From the NCBI GenBank assembly GCA_000092065.1, contig CP000601.1: a stretch of 64,000 nt of DNA. One strand, written 5' to 3'. Below, piece after piece: positions 19,319 to 30,200 of the stretch. Both the position numbers and the translations under genes were made by a program. The stretch is from Ostreococcus lucimarinus (lineage: Eukaryota). Each line of letters opens with the position of its first letter. The first letter of the stretch is position 1. The notes beneath the pieces were generated by a model, which saw only the letters and a list, made by a program, of their open reading frames with translations, made no database searches and was not told the origin of the DNA.

Positions 19319-21406
19319 TCATTCATCCGAGAACGATTCACCGCCGCTGCTGCGGCGACCGAGGTTCGAGAACATGAAGTCGAGTTCGCTCACTTTGTCT
19401 CGACCAGTTCGCGAGAGCGGCGACCCGCGCGGTACGGCTCTTGCGGCGCTCGCTTGCGTGGCTTGGGCGAGACGGGCTTTTTGCGTCTCCCACCGTGCGC
19501 TCGCGGATTCCGGATCGGGATAGGTCGATAGCAGACCTCCTCGAGCGTCGTGCTCGACGTCGTTCCACTCGTTACTATTCGAAGCAATTGGCGGAAGCCT
19601 TTGCTCGCGAGGCGCAGTCTCAGAGACGAAAGATTCGTGCGAGCTTCCGATTTCGGCGCCGTCCATGACTTCGGCGCGTTCCCTGTCTACGATTGACTTT
19701 CCAGTTTCCGTGCTCTCATTCACGTCTTTGTCGCTATCGAATTTAAACCCCTCCACGTTGAGTACGCGTGCGATGCGGTCGAACCAGCCGAGGGCGATGG
19801 CGACGCAGTACAAGCCCAAAAACGTGGGCACGATGATGTTCAGCTCACCCGCGAGCTCTGGGACGTTGTTGGCCATCTTCCGTGAGAAGGTTGTCATCTT
19901 GCCACTCGCGCGAATAATGGGCAAAAGCATGAGAAAGTTGAAACTCAGCGGCGCTGAGTAACGGCATACCAGACTCGCGTTCACCAAGAGCGAAAACGCA
20001 TCCGTGTGTCGAGGCACGAGCGTGTAAAACGAAAACATGCCCAGCTTGTGGAGGGAATGAAACGTGCAAAGGCACATGTAAGCGAGCGGAAACGCCACGA
20101 CGACGTGCATGGAGGTCAAACCCGATGTCGAATCTTCAGCGTTTTCCAGCATCACGCTCAAAAGAGATATCTGATCCGCCTCTTCCCACAGTTTCCCGAT
20201 CCAAATACTGCTCTCTGCGATGATGATGGATACCGAAAAAAAGGCCAAACCAGTGGCGATGACTCTCAAGAGGACGGGCACGATGACGATCGACCACGTG
20301 TACTGCACATCATCCATACACTTTCCGAGCGAGCCGCTACGAGATACCGAGTTTGGCGGGCGATGCAATCGTCGAGTTGACGATGCCCGCGATTGCTCGG
20401 CGGCTTCCGCTTCAAACGCATCCTTCACCGCTATCACGTACTGCGCCTTAGTGCGATCGTACTGCCTCAGCGAACGGCGAACCGCGCGACGCAGCGCAAC
20501 TAAATCGTTCAACTCATCGTAATCGTAATCCAGCACGTCTTCCTCTGTCGCGTCCAACGCTTCATCTAAGCTTCCTCGGTGCATTTCTGAGAACTCTGGC
20601 GTCTCGTTTTCGATGACGCTCATCGCCCAACGCAAACTATGTCGCCGTGGCATCACTCGACTCGTCGTCGTTACCGCCACAACTTGCCGTGCCAAGCGCG
20701 CGTGAGCGTTACCGAGCGCCCGCGACACTCCGGCGACGCGCTTGTACGACCGCGTGAGACGATTATTAAACGCCGCTCGCCGCCAAATCGCCCGCGGCAC
20801 GTCCACCAAACCAAACCCCATGAGTAAAACCCCGGTCGAAATACCCCACACGTTCGCCACCACGATCCCATACGCGCGCATCGCGTCCAAAGACAGCGAC
20901 TCGGTCGCCAACAGCGCCGCCGCGCCCACGAACATCGCCGTCGCCGCGATTCCCAAAAACATCGCGTTCTCCCGCGCCGCTCTCTTCAATCGTCCCACGG
21001 ACGAAAAATCCGCCGCGTCCACGTAACACTGGTGCAGCGGCAGCACGATCCACGTCAGCGCGTACGTACTCCAGTACGCGACGTCCCACGTCGCGTCCAA
21101 CCCGCGCGGCGCCTCTCCCGCGCGCAGCGTCGCCGTCACATCCGTCGGCACGATCCCCACCATGATCAGCGCCAGCGTCCACGCGACGAAACAGTGCGCG
21201 CGCACGGCCGCGCCGACCCGACGATCGGCGAATCGCGCCACGGCGAGCGCCGCGACGCACGCCGCGACGACGAACACGGGCGTCGACCACGACGCGAAGA
21301 ATCCATCGTCCGCACCGCTCCCGGACGATGTTTCCGCCGCCGAGCGCGTCCAGCGCGCGCGCGTCGCGCGCGGGTCCGCGGCGACGTCGCGCGTCGTCCA
21401 CTCCAT
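19319..21406 (-). CDS. LMBR1-domain integral membrane protein (LMBR1/lipocalin-receptor-like)
   Basis: About 9 TM segments in an LMBR1-like arrangement (WDVAYWSTYALTWIVLPLHQCYVDA...). The track ORF starts at a GTG at 21490, and the first ATG (MEWTT) is at about 21406. Confidence 0.7.
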   Translation of the reverse strand: MEWTTRDVAADPRATRARWTRSAAETSSGSGADDGFFASWSTPVFVVAACVAALAVARFADRRVGAAVRAHCFVAWTLALIMVGIVPTDVTATLRAGEAPRGLDATWDVAYWSTYALTWIVLPLHQCYVDAADFSSVGRLKRAARENAMFLGIAATAMFVGAAALLATESLSLDAMRAYGIVVANVWGISTGVLLMGFGLVDVPRAIWRRAAFNNRLTRSYKRVAGVSRALGNAHARLARQVVAVTTTSRVMPRRHSLRWAMSVIENETPEFSEMHRGSLDEALDATEEDVLDYDYDELNDLVALRRAVRRSLRQYDRTKAQYVIAVKDAFEAEAAEQSRASSTRRLHRPPNSVSRSGSLGKCMDDVQYTWSIVIVPVLLRVIATGLAFFSVSIIIAESSIWIGKLWEEADQISLLSVMLENAEDSTSGLTSMHVVVAFPLAYMCLCTFHSLHKLGMFSFYTLVPRHTDAFSLLVNASLVCRYSAPLSFNFLMLLPIIRASGKMTTFSRKMANNVPELAGELNIIVPTFLGLYCVAIALGWFDRIARVLNVEGFKFDSDKDVNESTETGKSIVDRERAEVMDGAEIGSSHESFVSETAPREQRLPPIASNSNEWNDVEHDARGGLLSTYPDPESASARWETQKARLAQATQASAARAVPRGSPLSRTGRDKVSELDFMFSNLGRRSSGGESFSDE

Positions 21407-21536
21407 CGCTCGAGCGCGCGACGTGCGCTCGCGGACGCGCGCGCGCGTGTGCGGACGGCGTCGCGACGGCGCCGGGACGGCTCGGGACACCTCGACGCGC
21501 CCGCTCGACGACGACGCGCGCGAGCGACGACGCGCG

Positions 21537-22256
21537 ATGGCGAGCTCGACGACGACGTCCGCGACGACGCTGCGACGCGCGACGCGCGACGCGACGACGA
21601 CGCGACGCGCGACGCCGCGACGCGCCGCCGCGGTGCGAACGCCCTCGGGACGAAGACGCGTCGAGACGCGCGCTGGTGAGGACGAGTGGGGCGCGAAGCC
21701 GTGGGACGACGCGCGCGATGGGGCGGACCCGCTGTCGAACGAGGTGCTGCTGTCGATCGTGCGCTCGGAGCTCGCGGATGAGGAGGTGAACCGGCTGGTG
21801 TGGAACGCGCTGGGCTATCGCTCGCGCGTGGAGCTGGACGCGGAGACGCTCACGGCGAACGAGGTGTGGACGCCGGATGAGGTGTTTCCGAATTGGGCGA
21901 AAAGTTATCCCGAACCACCGGACGTGATCGGGGTGACGAGGAAGTACGATCCGAAGATTGACGCGCCGGTGAAGGTGGCGTGCGCGGCGTTGACGCGGTC
22001 GGTGCCGGAGGAACACAAGCAAGGGATTAAGACGACGCTCACGCCGTTGGGATGGAAAGGGTTTAAGATGGAAGGGTTGACGCCGAACATGACGCGTCGA
22101 GCGCAGGTGGCGAATTGGTTGTTGTTTTACAGGCGCGAGCTTCGAGGGGTGAGCATCGAAGAGTTGCGAGCGCGGCGCGACGCGCGCAAGGCAAAGGAAA
22201 TCGCCGAGGGCAAGCAGGATCGCCCGACGGGGACGACGAAACAAGGGGTGGTTTAG
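21537..22256 (+). CDS. Hypothetical protein with a Ser/Thr/Arg-rich organellar presequence
   Basis: The non-repetitive C-terminal ~180 aa read WGAKPWDDARDGADPLSNEVLLSIVRSELADEEVNRLVWNALGYR...LTPLGWKGFKMEGL. The internal ATG (MASSTTTSATT) lies just beyond the LMBR1 start, making a divergent pair. Confidence 0.4.
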   Translation: MASSTTTSATTLRRATRDATTTRRATPRRAAAVRTPSGRRRVETRAGEDEWGAKPWDDARDGADPLSNEVLLSIVRSELADEEVNRLVWNALGYRSRVELDAETLTANEVWTPDEVFPNWAKSYPEPPDVIGVTRKYDPKIDAPVKVACAALTRSVPEEHKQGIKTTLTPLGWKGFKMEGLTPNMTRRAQVANWLLFYRRELRGVSIEELRARRDARKAKEIAEGKQDRPTGTTKQGVV

Positions 22257-22278
22257 ATTTTTGATTTTATATTACGTA

Positions 22279-23556
22279 TTAATACGTAAACTCACCGTAT
22301 TCACTCTTCACCACGACTTCAGACTTGCCATCCTTGGCTTCGACTCTGCCGACGACGCGGGCGTCGATGTTAAAGCTCTGGCTAATATCGATAATCTTTT
22401 GCGCGTGTTCGGGGGAGCAGTAAAACTCGAGACGATGTCCGCAGTTGAACACTTTGTACATCTCGCTCCATTCGGTGTTGGAGCACTCCTGGATCAAGCG
22501 GAAGAGCGGGGGAATGGGGAACATGTTATCCTTGACGACGCGCAAGCCGTCGAGGAGAAAGTGTCCAACCTTGGACTGCGCGCCGCCGCTGCAGTGCACC
22601 ATGCCGTGAATATCCCTCACGTCCATGGCATCGAGCACGGCTTTCACCACGGGGGCGTACGTTCGCGTCGGACTGAGCACCAACTTGCCAACCGTCACGC
22701 CGGTTTCCGGCTCGACGTCGGTGAGCTGATACTTGCCGCTGTACACCAACGATTCGGGTACGTTCGGATCGAACGTTTCCGGATATTTTTCCGCCAAATT
22801 CTTCGCAAACACGTCGTGTCGAGCAGACGTCAATCCGTTGCTTCCCATTCCGCCGTTGTACTCGCTCTCGTACGTCGCTTGACCGAACGACGCCAAACCG
22901 ACGACGACGTCTCCGGCGCGAATGTTGTCGTTACTCACCACCGCGTCTCTTCGCATGCGCGCCGTGACCGTGGTGTCCACCACCACCGTGCGCACTAAAT
23001 CACCCAAATCCGCGGTTTCACCTCCCGTGGACTTCACCCCGACCCCACACTCGCGCAAAGTCTCCAAAACCTCCTCCGTCCCGTTGATGAGCGCGCTCAG
23101 CACCTCCCCCGGAATCAAAGCCTTATTCCTCCCGATCGTGCTCGAGACGAATATGTTATCCACGCACCCGACGCACAACAAATCATCCGTGTTCATCACG
23201 ATCGAATCCTGCGCGATTCCTCGCCACACTCCCAAATCTCCCGTCTCTCTCCAGTACGCGTACGCCAGGCTCGTCTTCGTCCCCGCGCCGTCCGCGTGCA
23301 TGCACGTGCAGTACGCCTCGTCCCCAGCGATGTCCTCCACGATCTTACAGAACGCCTTCGGGAACAATCCCTTGTCCACCTTCTTTATCGCCGCGTGCAC
23401 GTCCTCCTTGGACGCGCTCACGCCGCGCATCGCGTACCGCTCGTCCGCCGCCGCGCTCGCCCTCGCGTTCGCCCTCGCGTTCGTTCGCGTCGTCGCGCGC
23501 GCGCGCCATCGCGACGGCATCGCGCGCGCCGTCGTCGTCGTCGTCGCCGTCGCCAT
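22279..23556 (-). CDS. purM: PurM-like protein (AIR synthetase / phosphoribosylformylglycinamidine cyclo-ligase family)
   Basis: The PurM superfamily architecture is present: HADGAGTK, GGETADLGD, and a C-terminal MYKVFNCGHRLEFYCSPE that parallels E. coli PurM MYRTFNCGVGM. An N-terminal Arg/Ala-rich presequence precedes it. Confidence 0.65.
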   Translation of the reverse strand: MATATTTTTARAMPSRWRARATTRTNARANARASAAADERYAMRGVSASKEDVHAAIKKVDKGLFPKAFCKIVEDIAGDEAYCTCMHADGAGTKTSLAYAYWRETGDLGVWRGIAQDSIVMNTDDLLCVGCVDNIFVSSTIGRNKALIPGEVLSALINGTEEVLETLRECGVGVKSTGGETADLGDLVRTVVVDTTVTARMRRDAVVSNDNIRAGDVVVGLASFGQATYESEYNGGMGSNGLTSARHDVFAKNLAEKYPETFDPNVPESLVYSGKYQLTDVEPETGVTVGKLVLSPTRTYAPVVKAVLDAMDVRDIHGMVHCSGGAQSKVGHFLLDGLRVVKDNMFPIPPLFRLIQECSNTEWSEMYKVFNCGHRLEFYCSPEHAQKIIDISQSFNIDARVVGRVEAKDGKSEVVVKSEYGEFTY

Positions 23557-23777
23557 CGCGCGCGTCGGTGTCGCGCGCCGCGCGTCGGTCGGCGCCGGCG
23601 ACGCGCGAGGTCGATTTCGAAATCGAATTCGAAATCACACCCGCGCGCGGTGCCAATACACGACCGACCGCGACGTCGGACTGTTTACCCACACGACATC
23701 GACGCCTCGGAGGCGCGCGCGATCCGGTCGCCCCGCACACGCGCGCGCGCGACGACGCGACGCGACGCGATCGCGGC

Positions 23778-25457
23778 ATGACGAGGCCGATCACGACGAG
23801 TGCGTGAAGAACGACGCGAGCGACGCGACGCGACGCGACGCGAGACGACGCGACGCGCGAGACGACGCGACGAGGGCGATCGCGACGGTCGTCGGAAAGA
23901 TGTCCGGAAACCATCCGCGAGACGCGGCGACGACCGGAGACGCGACGACGGCGACGGGAGAGCGTTGGGACGGGCGCGAAAGATGGGAGAGCGCGCGACG
24001 GTGCGAATGGAGGCGCGCGAGGACGAAGGACTGACGACGCGCGCGGTTTCGGGGACGACGCAGTATGTTGCATCGGCGCGGGATACGTGGGCGGGCCGAC
24101 GATGGCGATGATCGCGAAGAAGTGCCCGCAGATCTCGGTCACGGTGGTGGACATCTCGCAGCCGAGGATCGACGCGTGGAACTCGAGCGAGCTGCCGATT
24201 TATGAGCCCGGGTTGGATGAGATCGTGTTCGAGTGCAGAGGGAAGAACTTGTTCTTTTCGACGGATGTCGAAGGGGCTATTCGAGACTGCGAGATGATTT
24301 TCGTCTCCGTGAACACGCCGACGAAGAAGACTGGTTTAGGAAAAGGTAAGGCGGCGGATTTGACGTACTGGGAGTTGGCGGCGCGCACCATCGCGGCGTG
24401 CTCCGAGAGTGATAAGATCATCGTTGAGAAGTCTACGGTGCCCGTGCGAACGGCGGAGGCCATTGAAAAGGTGCTCCAGCGCAACTGCCCGCACGACGGC
24501 GTGCGATTCGACATCTTGTCCAACCCAGAATTCTTGGCCGAAGGTACGGCCATTGTAGACTTGGATGCGCCCGATCGCGTGTTGATCGGGGGTAAGATTG
24601 AAAACGCCAAAGGTCAAGCGGCGGTGGACGCGCTCGTAGGCGTGTACTCCAACTGGGTACCGAAAGAGAACATTCTGACCGCTAACTTGTGGTCTGCCGA
24701 GCTCTCAAAGCTCGCTGCGAACGCATTCTTGGCGCAGCGCATTTCTTCCATCAACGCCATGAGCGCGCTTTGTGAAGCGACCGGCGCGGATGTCCAGCAA
24801 GTTTCGCACGCCATCGGCACCGACACGCGTATCGGCTCCAAATTTTTGAACGCCTCGGTCGGTTTCGGTGGCTCGTGCTTCCAAAAGGATATCTTAAACT
24901 TGGCATACATTTGTGAGTGCCACGGCTTGCCGGAAGTGGCGGAGTACTGGCACAGCGTTGTCGGCATGAACGACTACCAAAAGAGCCGCTTCGTCAAGCG
25001 CATGATTTCCGCCATGTTCAACACGATCAGCGGCAAGAAGATTTCAATGCTCGGTTACGCTTTTAAGAAAGATACGGGTGATACTCGTGAGTCTCCGGCT
25101 ATCGACGTCGGTCACGGCCTCATCGAAGACGGTGCGAAGCTCAATATTTATGACCCGAAGGTTGCTGCGGCGCAAATCGCGTTGGACATGGGCGAGGAAG
25201 CGATGAAATCCATCACGTGCTGCAAGACTCACACTGAGTCTTTGACTGGTGCGCACGCCGTGTGCATTATGACGGAATGGGACGAGTTCAAGACGTACGA
25301 CTGGGAAGCGATCTATGGCGTCATGCAAAAGCCGGCCTTTGTGTTCGACGGCCGCCTCATCTTGGACCACCAGAAGTTGAAGGACATTGGTTTCATTGTG
25401 TATGCGCTTGGGAAGCCTTTAGATCCTTTCCTTTGCTCCGCCGAAGGCGCACCGTAA
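23778..25457 (+). CDS. UGD: UDP-glucose 6-dehydrogenase, two exons: join(23778..23799,24064..25457)
   Basis: Exon 2 is essentially full-length UGDH ([14 protein letters not shown]...[12 protein letters not shown]...). There is no in-frame ATG: the track ORF starts at GTG 24087, and the frame is open back to 24064, which follows a cag acceptor. The upstream ATG at 23778 (MTRPITT) ends in A|GTGCGT. Splicing the two gives [18 protein letters not shown], restoring the conserved ICCIGAG N-terminus. Confidence 0.75.
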
Positions 25458-25542
25458 GTATGTACGTCGTGTGTCAGTAGTACGTCGCTAGTGATTGTAA
25501 CGTTTCTACCTAAAATCTCTAAGAATAACAAAGATTGCTGTC

Positions 25543-27159
25543 CTATTTGCGACCTATTCCGCTTATCTCAGCGTCGACCGCCGCTACGTAATCTTGGATT
25601 TGAAACTTTCTCTTGCAACCGGCGTAATTCATATACCGCACTTTACCGAACACCGCGCGCTCTTTCCATCCTTGATCGTGCACACCGGCAATGCTCCACA
25701 TACAACCAACGTAGCCGTTGGGATCGAGACCGTCTAACGCGTAAGCGTCGTTGAGTTGAATCGCCGTCTGCAGGGCCACCTCCGGCGACGGCGTCCACTC
25801 AAGAATCTTCTTCGCCCAGTACATTCTCATGAACCCATGCATTCGTCCGAGATGGTATAATTCTTTCTGAGCCGCGTTCCAAAGCTCGTCGTGCGTGTTG
25901 CCACGCTCGAGTGTTTTGTAATCGTACACGTACTCGCGAACGTCGCGGGCGTGCAAACTCAGTGAATCTTGCGCCCATTGACTCGCTCCTTGCAACGAGT
26001 CGTAATACGGATTGAAGAGACAATAGTTGTCTGATAATTCCCTTCGAACGATGAGCTCTTCCAAGTAGCTATCGATCGCCTCGTCGTCTACGATTCCCCG
26101 AAGTTGCGCAGCTTCCCACGCGGCGCGACGTGGCGACAGCTGGCCGTGATTCAAGTACGGCGAGAGGCGAGACACGGCGCGCGGCGACGTCGGCTTGTTT
26201 CGCTCCCCGTAGAGTGTCAATCGCTGTGGGAGGAAAGAGTCGACATTCGGATCGAGCAGCGCGGCTAAGGCGGCACGTTCACCCGGTTTGATCCAGTCAA
26301 CCTCTGGGACGTGCGCGCCCTTGACGCGCGCGGTGTCAATCAATGCGTCCCAATCCGTCTCACTTGGCGTCAACGCGTCCGGCGCGGCGATGAGATCATC
26401 TAACGCTTGCGGTGCGGTGAGAAAATCCCCGAGATTTCGATGAATCTTCGGCCGAATCGTTCTCGCCGCGTACTCTTGCTTATCGCTCGTCACCCACGCC
26501 GGCACGACGTTGTGCGCGTCCACTTCAATCACCGGAACCTCCACCACACGCGCCACCGCTTCCCTCGCCGCACGCCCCTCTCGCAACGGCGAAAAGTCAC
26601 ACACGACCGCACTCGCATTCAGCGTCTCGCACGTCTCCACGATTCCTCCCGCGACGTCGCTTCCCGTCGTCGTTCGCGTCGACACTCCTCGCGCTCGCAA
26701 ATCCTCATCCAATTCCTTCAACCCCTTCAGCGCGAACACCGCCCTGCGCGCGCCTCCGATGCCGCTCCCGCTCAAATCTGTCCCCACGTGCATCGCCACG
26801 ACGAGCGGGACGCGCCTTTCGTTCGCCAATTCCATCGCTCGTCCCAGCGCGTCGTTATTCGCGCACCGCCTGTCCCGGTCGCACCAGTACACCACCGGCC
26901 CCGCGCTCGCGCTCGCGCTCGCGCTCGCGCGCGCGCGCGCCGACGCATCCAACGCCGCCTTCGCCGCGTCGTTCATCCCTCGGCACCGTCGCGCGTCCAC
27001 GCCATCGCGCGCACCGCGCGTCGTCGTCGCCGTCGCTGTCGTCGTCGTCGCACCGCGCGCGCCCGTCGTCGCGCCCGCGCGCCGTCGCGCGAGCGCGCGC
27101 GCGAGTCGCGCGCGCGCGCCGTGCGCGCGCACGGCGTCTCGAATCGCGAGAGACGCCAT
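25543..27159 (-). CDS. PHR: Deoxyribodipyrimidine photolyase, class II (CPD photolyase)
   Basis: The class II C-terminal FAD-binding region is present (LGRMHGFMRMYWAKKILEWT...YVGCMWSIAGVHDQGWKERAVFGKVRYMNYAGCKRKF). The ATG at 27159 was confirmed. Confidence 0.8.
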   Translation of the reverse strand: MASLAIRDAVRAHGARARLARALARRRAGATTGARGATTTTATATTTRGARDGVDARRCRGMNDAAKAALDASARARASASASASAGPVVYWCDRDRRCANNDALGRAMELANERRVPLVVAMHVGTDLSGSGIGGARRAVFALKGLKELDEDLRARGVSTRTTTGSDVAGGIVETCETLNASAVVCDFSPLREGRAAREAVARVVEVPVIEVDAHNVVPAWVTSDKQEYAARTIRPKIHRNLGDFLTAPQALDDLIAAPDALTPSETDWDALIDTARVKGAHVPEVDWIKPGERAALAALLDPNVDSFLPQRLTLYGERNKPTSPRAVSRLSPYLNHGQLSPRRAAWEAAQLRGIVDDEAIDSYLEELIVRRELSDNYCLFNPYYDSLQGASQWAQDSLSLHARDVREYVYDYKTLERGNTHDELWNAAQKELYHLGRMHGFMRMYWAKKILEWTPSPEVALQTAIQLNDAYALDGLDPNGYVGCMWSIAGVHDQGWKERAVFGKVRYMNYAGCKRKFQIQDYVAAVDAEISGIGRK

Positions 27160-27253
27160 CGCGCGTCGTCTCGCGCGCGGCGCCGTCGCGCTGTGACGAA
27201 AGGTCGCGGAGCAGCGAAGGCGTCACATCGACGCGTCGTTCGCGCGCCAACGA

Positions 27254-30200
27254 ATGGCGCCGCGCGATGGAAACCTGCGCGTGAGCGTGCCCGCGCACGT
27301 GCACGACGCGCGACCGCGAACGCGGCGGTACCGCGTCGCGAACGCGGTCGGATTGATTCATCTGCCGTTCTTCGTGCTCTACGCGATCTCGCTGAAAAAG
27401 TGCTACGAAACGTCTGGAAACCCGTACAGGGCGGCGCTGGCGCATCACATCGACGCTGGATACGATCCCGCGGTGTTCGATGCGGTCGGGGTGGAGAAGA
27501 CGCGGGTTGGCGAAGGGCGAGTGCGAGACGAGTGGACGAGCGGGGACGGCGGGGACGACGCGAGCGGGGCGTGGGACGCGGGGGAGCCGGAAGCGAGCGA
27601 GGACGACGCTGGGGCCACGGTGGATGAAGAGGTCAAGTATGAAGTACCGCCGACGCTGCCCGCGCGATGGTTGCCGGACTTTCCCACGGTTTTGGCGTTC
27701 GCGTCCATCGCGACGGCGCACGCGTTGTTGCTCTTCGCGCAACATTGGAGCGTTCGTATTCGGTGCTTCGTGCAGTACAAACCCATCAACCGCGTGACCG
27801 AGGGGTCTTACTTTATCATTACTCCGCACGCGCATCAAGGGAAACCGGAAATCGTGCCGGTGTCGCGCTTACGAGTGTTTGACGCGGATGGTAGTTTACG
27901 AACAATGCTTTGGTGCGTGTTTCAGCGCCAGCGGTACGAGTACGTGGAGATTGAGTGGGACGAAGCTCGCGGCAAAGGTCAAGGCGAACTTCGCGAAATC
28001 GAGACGCCAAAAGATTTACCGCTTTCGCATTACGTCAAGTCGAGAGGTCTTTCCGGAGAAGAGGTACACCACAGTCATGAACGATACGGCGACAACGCGC
28101 TCCAAGTCAACATTCCCACGTTTTGGAACTTGTACAAAGAGCAACTCACGGGTCCGGTGACTGTTTTCCAAATCTTTACCGTACTCCTTTGGCTCATGGA
28201 TGAGTACTGGAAGTACGCCCTGTTCAGCGCGTTGAGCTTGTTGATCTTTGAAGGCACTACGGCGTTTTCGCGGCAGAGAAACATCGCCACTTTGCGGGGT
28301 ATGGGTCAAAAAGCTGGGCGCATCCTTGTGCGACGTGGTGGTGTATGGGAAGATCACTCAACTGAAGAGCTGTACCCTGGCGATATCATTTCCATTAAGC
28401 GTAACGGAGGCGAAGAAGTCCCGGTTCCTTGCGACTGCGTGCTCCTTGCCGGATCAGCTGTCGTCAACGAAGCGAGCTTGACCGGCGAAAGTGTCCCGCA
28501 AATGAAAGAGCACATCAACCCGGAGGTGTCGAAGGATGAAAGACTTGATATGAATGGCTTGCACAAAGTACACATTCTCTACAGCGGCACGACGTTGATG
28601 CAACACACCTCAAAGACAGAAAGCGAATCGTCGGCGCTCCAAGTGACCACGCCGGATGGCGGATGCTTGTGCTACGTCCTTCAAACGGGTTTCGCGTCTA
28701 CGCAAGGTAAATTGATGCGTATGATGGAATTTAGCAGTGAGCAAGTCACTGGAGACACAAAGGAAACGCTCGTTTTACTCTTCATTCTCCTCATCTTTGC
28801 TTTAGCGGCGAGTTACAACGTTTACGTCAAAGGCATTGCAGATGGGAAACGGAGTCAGTATGAACTCATCCTGCGATGCATTATGATCGTCACAAGTGTT
28901 GTGCCTCCGGATCTTCCGATGCAAACAGCGATGGCGGTAAACACGGCTCTCATTGCTTTGGTGAAAGCTTCCGTTTACTGCACAGAGCCGTTCCGCGTTC
29001 CCGTCGCCGGTAAGGTGGACTGCTGCTTATTCGACAAGACTGGCACCATCACGAGCGACCGTCTCGTTGCCGAGGGAGTCCTAAGTGATTTGACCAAGGG
29101 CGCTCCGCTTAAACAACCCGTAGAAGCGGACAAGAACGTATCCATTGTCATCGGTGGTTGTCACGCACTGCTTGAAATCGACGGAAAAACGTTTGGCGAC
29201 CCTCTCGAAAAGGCTGCTCTTTTGGGAATCAAATGGAAGTACGATCCCGCCACTCACTTAGGAACGCCAAAACTTGATGATAAGATTACTCGATCGTGGA
29301 CTGGCGCTGAGAACACTTCTGTGAAGATTTTGGTGCGCAATCACTTTGCGTCAGCATTGCAGCGAATGAGCGTCATTGCAGACGTCTCGAGTAATTCAAC
29401 CGTTAGTCGATGGTCTTTGGTGAAGGGTTCTCCAGAGATGATCAAATCACTGTTGAAGAACGTTCCGCAAGGTTATGATGCCGCGTACCGCGGCTTGGCC
29501 GAGCAAGGTATGAGAGTGATTGCTCTGGCGCACAAGGAATTGAGCGCCGAAGAGAGCGCTCGAGTTGGCTCCCAGTCCACACCTTTGACTCGGGATGAAG
29601 CGGAATCAGATCTCGTGTTTGATGGATTTTTTGCGTTCGCTTGCAAGGTCCGCGCTGACTCTGCTGAGATCATTCACGCACTACAGGCGAGTTCTAATAA
29701 TGTGATGATGGCGACAGGCGACGCAACGCTCACGGCGTTACACGTCGGTAACGAAGTTGGGATCGCTCGAGGTGGTCTCGATGGAGCGTTGATATTAGCA
29801 CGTGACCAGTTGGATAAATTGGAGTGGCAGAGCGCTCGAGTTGATGAGCACATGAAGCCTATGAAAGTTTTCCCATACGAAGAAACATCCATTCGCGAAC
29901 TTGCGAAAGAGTACAGTTTGTGCGTCACCGGTAAAAGCCTGAACGTCGCTCTCACGGCTTCCGGTACACTTTGGGATAACCTGGATCAAATTAGCATTTA
30001 CGCTCGTATGTCTCCTGACGACAAGGAGAGAGTTCTAAAACGTTTGAAGACGCAAGGAAAACATACCCTGATGTGCGGCGATGGCGCAAACGATGTCGGC
30101 GCACTCAAGCAAGCGCACGTCGGCGTCGCCTTGTTGAGCGGATTTGGTAGTGCAAACACGAAGAAGCAGGAAGGTGCCGCTACAATTGCCACAAAGACGG

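Noticed and set aside
18529-19341. 270-aa minus-strand ORF antisense to the MaoC gene
   Set aside because: Arg/His-rich with no motifs. The opposite frame carries a clear hot-dog domain.
20766-22244. 492-aa minus-strand ORF, Arg/His/Pro-rich
   Set aside because: It is a low-complexity frame overlapping both the LMBR1 gene and the hypothetical gene at 21537..22256. It has no motifs and is an artefact of ~70% GC.
23345-24154. 269-aa minus-strand ORF and the 23800..24111 plus-strand ORF
   Set aside because: They lie inside what I interpret as the UGDH first intron and promoter. Both are Arg-rich low complexity.
26407-27838. Two long Arg-rich ORFs (26407..27627 +, 26855..27838 -)
   Set aside because: They are alternative or antisense frames of the photolyase and P5A-ATPase genes. 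Both are pure R/A/S low complexity.
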